Positions 40,729-52,317 of a stretch of 64,000 nucleotides of DNA are shown here, piece after piece. The stretch is from Macrostomum lignano (taxonomy: Eukaryota). Below the pieces are notes generated by a model that had not been told where the DNA came from, did no database searches, and saw nothing but the letters and a program-made list of their open reading frames with translations. Made by a program: the position numbers and the translations under genes. The stretch lies in contig NIVC01001971.1 of the NCBI GenBank assembly GCA_002269645.1, forward strand, positions 153,291 to 217,290. The letters are read 5' to 3'. Positions within the stretch are counted from its first letter, which is position 1. Each line of letters opens with the position of its first letter.

Positions 40729-41400
40729 GGTCTGAGTGGGTCAAGCTGGTTCAGAGTCTGAGTGGGTCAAGCTGGTTCAGGGTCTGAGTGGGTCAAGCTG
40801 GTTCAGGGGCTGAGTGGGTCAAGCTGGTTTAGGGTCTTGAGTGGGTCAAGCTGGTCAGGGTCTGAGTGGGTCAAGCTGGTTCAGGGTCTGAGTGGGTCAA
40901 GCTGGTTCAGGGGCTGAGTGGGTCAAGCTGGTTTAGGGTCTTGAGTGGGTCAAGCTGGTCAGGGTCTGAGTGGGTCAAGCCGATTCAGGGTCTGAGTGGG
41001 TCAAGCTGGTTCAGGGGCTGAGTGGGTCAAGCTGGTTTAGGGTCTTGAGTGGGTCAAGCTGGTCAGGGTCTGAGTGGGTCAAGCTGGTTCAGGGTCTGAG
41101 TGGGTCAAGCTGGTTCACGGGCTGAGTGGGTCAAGCTGGTTCAGGGGCTGAGTGGGTCAAACTGGTCAGGGTCTGAGTGGGTCAAGCTGGTCAGGGTCTG
41201 AGTGGGTCAAGCTGGTCAGGGTCTGAGTGGGTCAAGCTGGTCGGGGGCTGAGTGGGTCAAGCTGGTCGGGGGCTGAGTGGGTCAAGCTGGTCAGGGGCTG
41301 AGTGGGTCAAGCTGGTCAGGGGCTGAGTGGGTCAAACTGGTCACGGGCTGAGTGGGTCAAACTGGTCACGGGCTGAGTGGGTCAAGCTGGTCGGGGGCAG
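40708..41400. repeat. 25-27-bp G-rich minisatellite (GAGTGGGTCAAGCTGGTTCAGGGTCT)
   Basis: Direct reading. Confidence 0.95.
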
Positions 41401-41946
41401 AGTTTTGTAAGAAAAGCGTTGCTAAAACTTCTGCTTCTCAAGCAATTATGGTTACTGCAGGACTTGAACATTGCACCATGTTTAATATATATTTCTAACG
41501 AATGCGCGAACGGATATAAATTAGTAGTTGTAAGAAAAACTCTTTAATAAGAAATATATTAGCAGAAATGTGGAAGGCATACATACAATACGGCAATCCA
41601 GTTAAGCTTCGTTGATTGGCTGGCTAACTGATTGCGGAGGTGAGGTGGGTGTATGGAGGGTTTCTTTTCTTTCACTCCATACCCCCGGCCCACCTCACCT
41701 TCAAAATCTCTCAACCAGCCAATCACAGGTCGTGAAGCAGAGGGGGAGGGGATTTTTCCTTTTGAATAAAAATTATCGGCACTAAAAATTCTCAGTTAAA
41801 ATACGGTTTGTAATTTCTGGTAAATAATTGTAAACTTAACTGTGTAAAAAATCGCAATAACCTATAAAATATTAATGCATAAAAATTGTTAATCAAAACT
41901 TTTTAATGCTTGAAAAAATTTCTCCATAGGTGGCCGAAAGAAAAAA

Positions 41947-42696
41947 TTACACGAAAAAGTCTTCGAAGACAGGTTCATATTCTTCTTCCTGACAAACTGC
42001 GCAAACTTTGGACCTCGTGACCGGGTCTAGCTGTTTATATGCCTCTAGAGAAGTTATTTTATGCAAGTGGAATGTGAAACTGCAGGCGACAACTTCGCAA
42101 AAAATTAGAAACTCGACTTTATCAATACGCATTTCAATTGCCTGCCTCAAGTAGTGCAGGAGGGACTCCATGTCTTGCTTTAAAGATGGATGCTTGAGAT
42201 CCTGGTGAAAGCGCTGGCACTCGGACCAAATAAATTTCACCGCCTTCGCCAGTGGAGAGACCATCTGGTACTCCTTGAAGAAAGCCATTGCCGGCATAAC
42301 ATTGCTGCTATTAAAAGCAACAGTCTCATTAGAAAACTCCGCAGAGAATGTAGACAGAAATTTAACTACAAAGCGAACTGTGGAAGCCAACTTGCCAGGC
42401 AATTCAATGCGAGCTTCGGCCGCCTCTTTGAAGTTGGAATTCTTGTTGAGCATCGCTCGGAACACCGGAGAGTGTACGCACAGGACATAAGAATTGGTCA
42501 ATATCTCAACTTTAGGACCCGCTGTATCCGGAATGCCATCACCATCAGGCTCATCATCATAATCAACGAGCAGAACAACAGGTCCGCATGTCAGCTTAGC
42601 CATATCCTTGACTCTCTGTTCAGCATCCGAAACAGACTGGGGCGGTTTGTAATAGCGCCACGCCCAATAGGGAAACTCGAACGGTGTTAAAGACAT
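41947..42696 (-). CDS. BTB/POZ domain protein, paralogue 1, 249 aa, intronless
   Basis: NSYVLCVHSPVFRAML...FKEA..ARIELP...VRFVVKFL BTB signature. Confidence 0.88.
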   Translation of the reverse strand: MSLTPFEFPYWAWRYYKPPQSVSDAEQRVKDMAKLTCGPVVLLVDYDDEPDGDGIPDTAGPKVEILTNSYVLCVHSPVFRAMLNKNSNFKEAAEARIELPGKLASTVRFVVKFLSTFSAEFSNETVAFNSSNVMPAMAFFKEYQMVSPLAKAVKFIWSECQRFHQDLKHPSLKQDMESLLHYLRQAIEMRIDKVEFLIFCEVVACSFTFHLHKITSLEAYKQLDPVTRSKVCAVCQEEEYEPVFEDFFV

Positions 42697-42736
42697 CTTT
42701 TAGGTGCTGAGATTAAATACAGCAACAGGAGAGACG

Positions 42737-43935
42737 TAAAATCCTAGTCTTATATTGGGGATGAGACACCGCTAAAATCCTAGTCTTATATTGGGGATGA
42801 GACACCACAAAAATCCTAGTCTTATATTGGGGATGAGACACCACTAAAATCCTAGTCTTATATTGGGGATGAGACACCACAAAAATCCTAGTCTTATATT
42901 GGGGATGAGACACCACTAAAATCCTAGTCTTATATTGGGGATGAGACACCACAAAAATCCTAGTCTTATATTGGGGATGAGACACCACTAAAATCCTAGT
43001 CTTATATTGGGGATGAGACACCACAAAAATCCTAGTCTTATATTGGGGATGAGACACCACAAAAATCCTAGTCTTATATTGGGGATGAGACACCACTAAA
43101 ATCCTAGTCTTATATTGGGGATGAGACACCACTAAAATCCTAGTCTTATATTGGGGATGAGACAACACTAAAATCCTAGTCTTATATTGGGGATGAGACA
43201 CCACAAAAATCCTAGTCTTATATTGGGGATGAGACACCACAAAAATCCTAGTCTTATATTGGGGATGAGACACCACTAAAATCCTAGTCTTATATTGGGG
43301 ATGAGACACCACAAAAATCCTAGTCTTATATTGGGGATGAGACACCACTAAAATCCTAGTCTTATATTGGGGATGAGACACCACTAAAATCCTAGTCTTA
43401 TATTGGGGATGAGACACCGCTAAAATCCTAGTCTTATATTGGGGATGAGACACCACTAAAATCCTAGTCTTATATTGGGGATGAGACACCGCTAAAATCC
43501 TAGTCTTATATTGGGGATGAGACACCACTAAAATCCTAGTCTTATATTGGGGATGAGACACCACTAAAATCCTAGTCTTATATTGGGGATGAGACACCAC
43601 AAAAATCCTAGTCTTATATTGGGGATGAGACACCACAAAAATCCTAGTCTTATATTGGGGATGAGACACCACAAAAATCCTAGTCTTATATTGGGGATGA
43701 GACACCACAAAAATCCTAGTCTTATATTGGGGATGAGACACCACTAAAATCCTAGTCTTATATTGGGGATGAGACACCACTAAAATCCTAGTCTTATATT
43801 GGGGATGAGACACCACTAAAATCCTAGTCTTATATTGGGGATGAGACACTACTAAAATCCTAGTCTTATATTGGGGATGAGACACCACTAAAATCCTAGT
43901 CTTATATTGGGGATGAGACACCACTAAAATCCCTT
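42737..43935 (-). repeat. 36-bp variant of the 40-bp satellite, inverted orientation
   Basis: AAAATCCTAGTCTTATATTGGGGATGAGACACCACT; 12-aa periodic ORF. Confidence 0.97.
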
Positions 43936-43974
43936 TCATAATGAGTTCATAATGAGGATGAGACAGGGGATAGG

Positions 43975-44730
43975 ACAGCTGAGTGGGTCAAGCTGGTCAG
44001 GAGCTGAGTGGGTCAAGCTGGTCAGGGGTCTGAGTGGGTCAAGCTGGTCAGGAGCTGAGTGGGTCAAGCTGGTCAGGAGCTGAGTGGGTCAAGCTGGTCA
44101 GGGTCTGAGTGGGTCAAGCTGGTCAGGGTCTGAGTGGGTCAAGCTGGTCAGGAGCTGAGTGGGTCAAGTTGGTTAGGGTCTGGGTGGGTCGAGCTGGTCA
44201 GGAGCTGAGTGGGTCAAGTTGGTTAGGGTCTGGGTGGGTCGAGCTGGTCAGGAGCTGAGTGGGTCAAGTTGGTTAGGGTCTGGGTGGGTCGAGCTGGTCA
44301 GGAGCTGAGTGGGTCAAGTTGGTTAGGGTCTGGGTGGGTCGAGCTGGTCAGGAGCTGAGTGGGTCAAGTTGGTTAGGGTCTGGGTGGGTCGAGCTGGTCA
44401 GGAGCTGAGTGGGTCAAGTTGGTTAGGGTCTGGGTGGGTCGAGCTGGTCAGGAGCTGAGTGGGTCAAGTTGGTTAGGGTCTGGGTGGGTCGAGCTGGTCA
44501 GGAGCTGAGTGGGTCAAGTTGGTTAGGGTCTGGGTGGGTCGAGCTGGTCAGGAGCTGAGTGGGTCAAGTTGGTTAGGGTCTGGGTGGGTCGAGCTGGTCA
44601 GGAGCTGAGTGGGTCAAGTTGGTTAGGGTCTGGGTGGGTCGAGCTGGTCAGGAGCTGAGTGGGTCAAGTTGGTTAGGGTCTGGGTGGGTCGAGCTGGTCA
44701 GGAGCTGAGTGGGTCAATATAGTCAGGGCA
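43975..44730. repeat. Second array of the 25-26-bp G-rich family, mostly as a 50-bp dimer
   Basis: GGGTCAAGTT at 44161, 44211... Confidence 0.95.
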
Positions 44731-45497
44731 GAGTTTTTGTCACAAAAGAGTTGCTAAAAACTCTGCTTTTGAAGCAATTATGTTCACTGTAAGACTTGAG
44801 CATTACCAAGTTAAATATATTTTTGTACTAACGGATATAAATCTCAGTTGGAAAAAAAACCTTTAGTAAGAAATAAAGAAGCAGAAATATACAATAATCC
44901 AGCTTAAGATAAAAACAGCTTTGCTTCGTCAGTCATCACAATATAAAAATAATACCTAATATGCTTGATCATTGTCCTTGTGTGTTTCTCAAAATGTAAA
45001 GTTGTACATTTTAAAACGTACAGAATACTCGCTAGAATATCTTGAAAAAATTGGCCAAGCGTTACTTTATGCTCCGCCACCTCCCTGATTGGCTGGCTAA
45101 TTGATTGCGGAGGTGAGGTGGATGCAGGAGGGTTTCGTATCTCTCACTCTATACGCCCACCCCACCTCCCAATCAGTCAACCAGCCAATCGCAGGTCATG
45201 AGGCAGATGGGTCAGCTTTCTACTAATTTGAATAAAAATTCTCGGCAATACAAGCCGTAAAAACTCTCAGAACAATGCGAGCACAAAAAAATCAATAAAA
45301 TAGTTCTAAGCTTGTAATATCGGGTTAACTTTATAAATACAGGATAAAGACGGAAAATTTTCGTTAAAAAATCGCACAAAATCAAAGAAAATTTTGAGCA
45401 TAAAATACATAGAAAATGGCAAATTGAAGGTTTTTAATCTTTGAAAAAAATTGTCCATAGTTATAGTCAAAGTTTTCAAGGAAAGGTCATTCATTCT

Positions 45498-46277
45498 CTA
45501 GGGCAAGTTTTTCTGACAAACTGCGCAAACTTTGGACTTCGTGATCGGATCCAGCCGTTTATAAGCTCCTAGCGAAGTTACTTTTTCCACGCTGTTAAGC
45601 ATATTTGAAGAACTGAAGCCAACTCTAATTTCGCAAAGAATCAGACACTCGACTTCATCAATACGCATCTCAGCCGCCTGTCTCAAGTAGTGCAGGAGGG
45701 ACTCCAGGATTGGCGTTACAGACTGATGATTGAGATAGTTATGAAATCGCTGGCACTCGGACCGAATAAATTTAACCGCCTTCGCCAGTGGAGAGACCAT
45801 CTGGTACTCCTTGAAGAAAGCCATTGCCGGCATAACATTGCTGCTATTAAAAGCAACAGTCTCATTAGAAAACTCCGCAGAGAATGTAGACAGAAATTTA
45901 ACTACAAAGCGAACTGTGGAAGCCAACTTGCCAGGCAATTCAATGCGAGCTTCGGCCGCCTCTTTAAAGTTGGCACTCTTGTTGAGCATCGCTCGGAACA
46001 CCGGAGAGTGTACGCACAGGACATAAGAATTGGTTGCTATCTCAGTGTTTTTAGGAATGACTCTATCCGGAATAGGAGTACCATCAGCTATAGCATCATC
46101 ATCATCATCCTCCATAAAATCAGACAAATTATACTCATAATCAACGAGCAGAACAACAGGTCCGCATGTCAGCTTAGCCATCTCCTCCTTGACTCTCTGT
46201 TCAGCATCCGAAACAGACTGGGGCGGTGAGACATTGCGCCACGCCCAATAAGGAAACTCGAACGGTGTTAAAGACAT
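45498..46277 (-). CDS. BTB/POZ domain protein, paralogue 2, 259 aa, intronless
   Basis: Same N-terminus MSLTPFEFPYWAWR and same BTB core as paralogue 1; ATG at 46277 chosen by homology. Confidence 0.88.
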   Translation of the reverse strand: MSLTPFEFPYWAWRNVSPPQSVSDAEQRVKEEMAKLTCGPVVLLVDYEYNLSDFMEDDDDDAIADGTPIPDRVIPKNTEIATNSYVLCVHSPVFRAMLNKSANFKEAAEARIELPGKLASTVRFVVKFLSTFSAEFSNETVAFNSSNVMPAMAFFKEYQMVSPLAKAVKFIRSECQRFHNYLNHQSVTPILESLLHYLRQAAEMRIDEVECLILCEIRVGFSSSNMLNSVEKVTSLGAYKRLDPITKSKVCAVCQKNLP

Positions 46278-46359
46278 CTTTTGCGGCGGCTGCGCGTTCA
46301 GATTAAATCCAGCGACAGAAGAAAAGTATATTTCAGTTTTAGATAATATAGAACACGGG

Positions 46360-47720
46360 GATTGAGACACCACTAAACTCCCATGCAGTCTCATATTAGG
46401 GATGAGACACCACTAAAATCCCATGCAGTCTCATATTAGGGATGAGACACCACTAAAATCCCATGCAGTCTCATATTGGGGATGAGACACCGCTAAAATC
46501 CCAGTTTAATATTGGGGATAAAAAACACCGCTAAAATCCCAGTTTGATATTGGGGATAAAAAACACCGCTAAAATCCCAGTTTGATATTGGGGATAAAAA
46601 ACACCGCTTAAATCCCAGTTTAATATTGGGGATAAAAACACCGCTAAAATCCCAGTTTGATATTGGGGATAAAAAACACCGCTAAAATCCCAGTTTGATA
46701 TTGGGGATAAAAAACACCGCTAAAATCCCAGTTTAATATTGGGGATAAAAAACACCGCTAAAATCCCAGTTTGGTATTAGCGATAAAAAACACCGCTAAA
46801 ATCCCAGTTTGATATTGGGGATAAAAACACCGCTAAAATCCCAGTTTGATATTGGGGATAAAAAACACCGCTAAAATCCCAGTTTAATATTGGGGATAAA
46901 AACACCGCTAAAATCCCAGTTAATTAATATTGGGGATAAAAACACCGCTAAAATCCCAGTTTGATATTGGGGATAAAAACACCTCTAAAATCCCAGTTTG
47001 ATATCGGGGATAAAAACACCGCTAAAATCCCAGTTTGATATTGGGGATAAAAACACCGCTTAAATCCCAGTTTGATATTGGGGATAAAAACACCGCTAAA
47101 ATCCCAGTTTAATATTGGGGATAAAAACACCGCTAAAATCCCAGTTTAATATTGGGGATAAAAACACCGCTAAAATCCCAGTTTGATATTGGGGATAAAA
47201 ACACCGCTAAAATCCCAGTTTAATATTGGGGATAAAAACACCGCTAAAATCCCAGTTTGATATTGGGGATAAAAACACCTCTAAAATCCCAGTTTGATAT
47301 TGGGGATAAAAACACCGCTAAAATCCCAGTTTGATATTGGGGATAAAAACACCGCTTAAATCCCAGTTTGATATTGGGGATAAAAACACCGCTTAAATCC
47401 CAGTTTGATATTGGGGATAAAAACACCGCTAAAATCCCAGTTTGATATTGGGGATAAAAACACCGCTAAAATCCCAGTTTGATATAGGGGATAAAAACAC
47501 CGCTAAAATCCCAGTTTAATATTGGGGATAAAAACACCGCTAAAATCCCAGTTTAATATTGGGGATAAAAACACCGCTAAAATCCCAGTTTGATATTGGG
47601 GATAAAAACACCGCTAAAATCCCAGTTTAATATTGGGGATAAAAACACTGCTAAAATCCCAGTTTGATATTGGGGATAAAAACACTGCTAAAATCCCAGT
47701 TTGATATTGGGGATAAAATC
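46360..47720 (-). repeat. 40-bp satellite (about 3 copies) grading into a 37-38-bp variant array
   Basis: First units are the reverse complement of the 35.6-39.8 kb unit; then AAAATCCCAGTTTGATATTGGGGATAAAAACACCGCT. Confidence 0.95.
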
Positions 47721-47724
47721 CCAA

Positions 47725-47797
47725 TTAATGTGTCCGCGGAATCGAACCAGGGGTCGCGACGCGGGAATCACTTCATTTACTACATACGAGCTATTAG
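47725..47797 (-). mobile_element. Degenerate tRNA-like / SINE-head sequence
   Basis: B-box GGTTCGATTCC at 47748-47738; weak A-box; does not fold as an intact tRNA. Confidence 0.35.
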
Positions 47798-48347
47798 CAT
47801 GCAGTGAGCGATGAAAGCTCCAAAAAAGTAATACTATTTACAAGGTACTTCGTGTCTTCAAATGTGACAGATTTGGTAACGAGGTCACTTGAATTACCAA
47901 ATAGGGGCAGTATATTTGCTATATGGCTATTGCTAGTATCATTCATGCACATATAAAATTACAAGCTATAAACTACACAGCAATAATATTAATAGTATTT
48001 ACAACGGAGCTAAGCTTAGTATAAATATATTTTAGCACCAGTGCAAAGCAAAACAAAGCCACAGGAAAGCTGGCCAAATGCCAAATGCGGTAAAAAAACA
48101 ATAGCTGATAAAATTGAGCATGGTAATGCAGTAAACTAAGCACAATAATTAAAGATAAAAAACTACTATTTAAAAACAGCTGTGGCTCTTGCACGCGAAT
48201 GCAAATGCAAACGTTTAATAAATAATTACCGTTAAAAATACATGATGATCAATGCTTTATCACTAAGTATTTACAATAGTTAGAATAATATTATACATGT
48301 ATCGTACAATGACTGTTCACATTTGAGAAATACTTCGCAAATTGTAG

Positions 48348-48348
48348 G

Positions 48349-48386
<38 letters not shown>

Positions 48387-48465
48387 CTAAGACAGGCAGA
48401 CAGACAGACACTAAGACAGGTAGACAGACAGACAGACAGACACTAAGACAGGCAGACAGACAGGC

Positions 48466-48498
<33 letters not shown>

Positions 48499-48603
48499 CT
48501 AAGACACTAAGACACTAAGACAGGCAGACAGACAGACACTAAGACAGGCAGACAGACAGACAGACAGGTAGACAGACAGACAGACAGACACTAAGACAGG
48601 CAG

Positions 48604-48635
<32 letters not shown>

Positions 48636-48669
48636 GTAGACAGACAGACAGACAGACACTAAGACAGGC

Positions 48670-48726
<57 letters not shown>

Positions 48727-48739
48727 CTAAGACAGGCAG

Positions 48740-48810
<71 letters not shown>

Positions 48811-48845
48811 CTAAGACAGACAGACAGACAGACACTAAGACAGGC

Positions 48846-48890
<45 letters not shown>

Positions 48891-48929
48891 CTAAGACAGG
48901 CAGACAGACAGACAGACAGACAGACACTA

Positions 48930-48994
<65 letters not shown>

Positions 48995-49345
48995 CTAAGA
49001 CAGACAGACAGACAGACACTAAGACAGGCAGACAGACAGACAGACAGACAGACACTAAGACAGGCAGACAGACAGACAGACAGACAGACACTAAGACAGG
49101 CAGACAGACAGACAGACAGACAGACACTAAGACAGGCAGACAGACAGACAGACAGACAGACACTAAGACAGGCAGACAGACAGACAGACAGACAGACACT
49201 AAGACAGGCAGACAGACAGACAGACAGACAGACACTAAGACAGGCAGACAGACAGACAGACAGACAGACACTAAGACAGGCAGACAGACAGACAGACAGA
49301 CAGACACTAAGACAGGCAGACAGACAGACAGACAGACAAACAGGC
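48348..49345. repeat. (GACA)n microsatellite with CTAA/GGCA interruptions forming a 36-bp higher-order unit
   Basis: CTAAGACAGG at 49019, 49055... Confidence 0.97.
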
Positions 49346-49512
49346 AAGATGAAATTGGAAGCTAATTACGCAGCCATGACCCACAGAGACCCAGTCAGCA
49401 GGTCAGTAACAATAATAATATTAATAAAATCGAATAAAAAAATGCGACACAACAATGCAAAACAAGATTTACTAAGCCAGGCAACTATCATAAAAGCCAG
49501 TTAGGCCAGTGA

Positions 49513-52115
49513 CTAGTTGGCTTCCCTCTGCAAGGTTCGTCTCGGCCGCGGCACAGGCCGGTGCAACTGAGGCGGCGGCTCTTCCTTCTCGTCAACGCAG
49601 CCGCAGGCGTCACCAACGCCTTCATCGTGTACTGGAGCCACGGGCGACGCGGATGCAGATGCAGCATAGGATGCTGAGACAAATGCGGCAGCTGAAGCAG
49701 TCGAGTTTGAGTCGGCGCACGAGGCGACTCCCAAACTGAAGTTGTTCTCCTTGTCGCTTGAGTCCACCTGGAGAGAGTTGATGCAGAAGATCATAAGTGT
49801 GCTCAAACTGGATCTGACAGTGTGCTCAAACTGGATCTGACAGTGTGCTCAAACTGGATCTGACAGTGTGCTCAAACTGGATCTGACAGTGTGCTCAAAC
49901 CAAGCTTACAATACTCAAGTCGGTCAGAGGTGCTAGTCCCCGCAGTCGGTCGTTAAGCAGTCTGGCGCGCGCCTCCCGCCTGGCTACCTCGGCCTCGCGC
50001 TTGGCCAGCCGAGCCTCGCGCTCGTCAGCTGCGGCTGCGCGAGCGTCCAGCTCTCGTTCGCGCGACTTCAACAGCCGCCGAAGCCGGCCAAGGCTGTCAG
50101 CCAGCCGGCGCTGCTCGTCAGCCCAGCGGCGCAGGCTGGGCTCCGGCAGCTCATCGGGCGGCAGGCGGTCGCGAATTGAAGGCCGGTCGAGCAGCTGCTC
50201 AACGGAGATGCGTCTGTCCGGGTCCGGCTGCAGCAGGTCGGCGATGATGGAGCGGAGAGGCTGTGAGCGATGGAGGTGATGCGAAAAAGTGTCATGTTGA
50301 TGGAATATCATAGAACACAATGGGATATTTCAGAACAATAGTATAATTCAGGGTACAATGCGATAATTCAGGACACATAGGAATAATTTAGAACACAATG
50401 AGATAATTCAGGGCACAATGGGATAATTCAGGACACAGGGATAATTTAGAACACAATGGGATAATTCAGGGTACAAGGGGATAATTCAGGGTACAATGGG
50501 ATAATTCAGGGTACAAGGGGATAATTCAGGGTACAATGGGATAACTCAGGACACAATGGGGATAATTCAGGAAGCAGCGGGATAATTCAGGACGCAATGG
50601 GATAATTCAAAGTACAATGGATCTGGTCCCAGAATAAACTATAGGATCTTAGAAGACAGCAGGAGCACAGAGAAAACATAGTGGTAGCATTAATAAATTT
50701 AAGTAGTAGACTAAAAATAAAGTGCAGACGGCTCTCACCTCTCCGTAAACATCTGGCAAGGGGCGATAGCTGCCAGATAAAATAGCCGCCACTAACTGGT
50801 CGTGAGTGGACCCATTAAATGGAGGCCTTAAACAGGCCAGCTCGTAAGCGACCACGCCAAGGGCCCACATGTCCGATTTTTCAGTGTAGCCGCACAGTTT
50901 CACCTGCGGGTGAGGCGGCAGGGTGAGTCTGGGTTTATTTTGTTTCTAAAAAGGTATAAAAGAGTAAATAATACGGGAGAAATGTACTTTTATAGCTCAA
51001 ATATAGCGTATATATAAAAATTTGGATACCCACAGGCACAAAGGGACACAAAGAAGAAACGCACTTTTACAGTACGGGAGAACTTATAGGGTACAAGAGT
51101 ACTTTACAGTACATGAGTGCTTTCCAGTGCAAGAGTACTTTTAGGGTACATCAGTACTTTACAGTGCAAGAGTACTTTTAGGGTACATGAGTACTTTACA
51201 GTGCAAGATTACTTTTAGGCTACATGAGTACTTTACAGTGCAAGAGTACTTTTAGGGTACATGAGTACTTTACAGTGATGTTTTTAAAAGCGCAAACTAA
51301 TCTTTGTCGGACAAAAGTACTTCTGATCTTAAGCATAGTTAGTACGAAAATTTCCCCGATTCACACCTGCTCCGGACTCATATAGTAGGGAGTGCCCAGG
51401 TAGGTGCTAGCAAAGCTGGCATCTCCGGCCAGTACTCTGGCGAGGCCGAAGTCGCCAAGTTTGATGCTTCGACCGGCATCTAGGAAACAATTGGCCGGCT
51501 TCAGGTCCCGGTGCAGCACCGCTTTGACACCTTGGCGACAGTGGCAGCAGCGTAGAGCCAGAGCGAGCTGTGAAAGCCAGCGAAGGATGTCATCTTCAGG
51601 GATGTACTTTCTGTGTAGGGAGGAAGGAGGCAAATGTGACACTTGCTAAATGAATTCATTGCCCTGTGTGAGCGCACTTAGAAAATCTAAATCACAGCTC
51701 ACTTGTCTCTCCTATGCTGTTTAATAAGCGCAGCCAGATCGCCATTGGGGCAGTACTCCATGATAATGTAGGCCCGCTTCGCCTCCCGATCAATTATATA
51801 GTTATAGCAGCGCACGATATTGCAGTGCCGCAGCTGGATTATCAGGTTAATCTCGGTCAGCAGCATCTGTTTCCTGACGTCGCACATGTCGCCAAAGTCG
51901 ATCTCTTTCCAAGCAAAGCTGGCGCCGTCTCTTAAGCGGCGGACTTTTTTCACCACACCCGAGCTGCCCCGCCCGATCACTTCGACGACCTCGTAGTCGG
52001 CCAGGGCGCTGCCGTTGCCGCTGCCGACGCCGACGCCGCCGCCGCTGCCTGACGCTGGGCCCTGCGAAGCATTCGAGCCGCGACTGCGTGTCGACGAAGA
52101 GTGTCGGCCCCCCAT
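49513..52115 (-). CDS. NEK2: NIMA-related kinase, NEK2-like, about 475 aa
   Basis: Exons 52115-51703, 51610-51367, 50903-50739, 50260-49910, 49767-49513 (1428 nt, phases consistent); GRGSSG, AWKEI, HRDLKPAN, DFGLAR, GTPYYMSPE, coiled coil, KEN and RxxLxxxxN motifs. Start codon uncertain. Confidence 0.9.
49795..49900. repeat. 23-bp minisatellite (GCTCAAACTGGATCTGACAGTGT) in NEK intron 4
   Basis: About 4.5 copies. Confidence 0.9.
50315..50625. repeat. Degenerate about 20-bp minisatellite (GGGATAATTCAGGGTACAAT) in NEK intron 3
   Basis: Direct reading. Confidence 0.85.
51095..51277. repeat. 37-bp minisatellite (GAGTACTTTTAGGGTACATGAGTACTTTACAGTGCAA) in NEK intron 2
   Basis: Direct reading. Confidence 0.85.
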
Positions 52116-52317
52116 AGCGCCGCCCGAAGCTGAATGACCGCCGGTTGGGGCAGCGGCGGCGGGGGCTGCTGTCGAATCCTCATTGGACTGTTGCTGACGC
52201 TCTTCAGCAGCAGTCGAGATCAACTGAGGTGGCTGCTGCTGCGACTGGAATAGTATAGAAAGTTCCGATTTATCAGATAGAATCTCAGCAATGAGAGCGC
52301 ATGAGTAACTGAGGCGA

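Noticed and set aside
42190-46229. Plus-strand ORFs antisense to the BTB genes
   Set aside because: Shadow ORFs of the coding strand with no protein-like features
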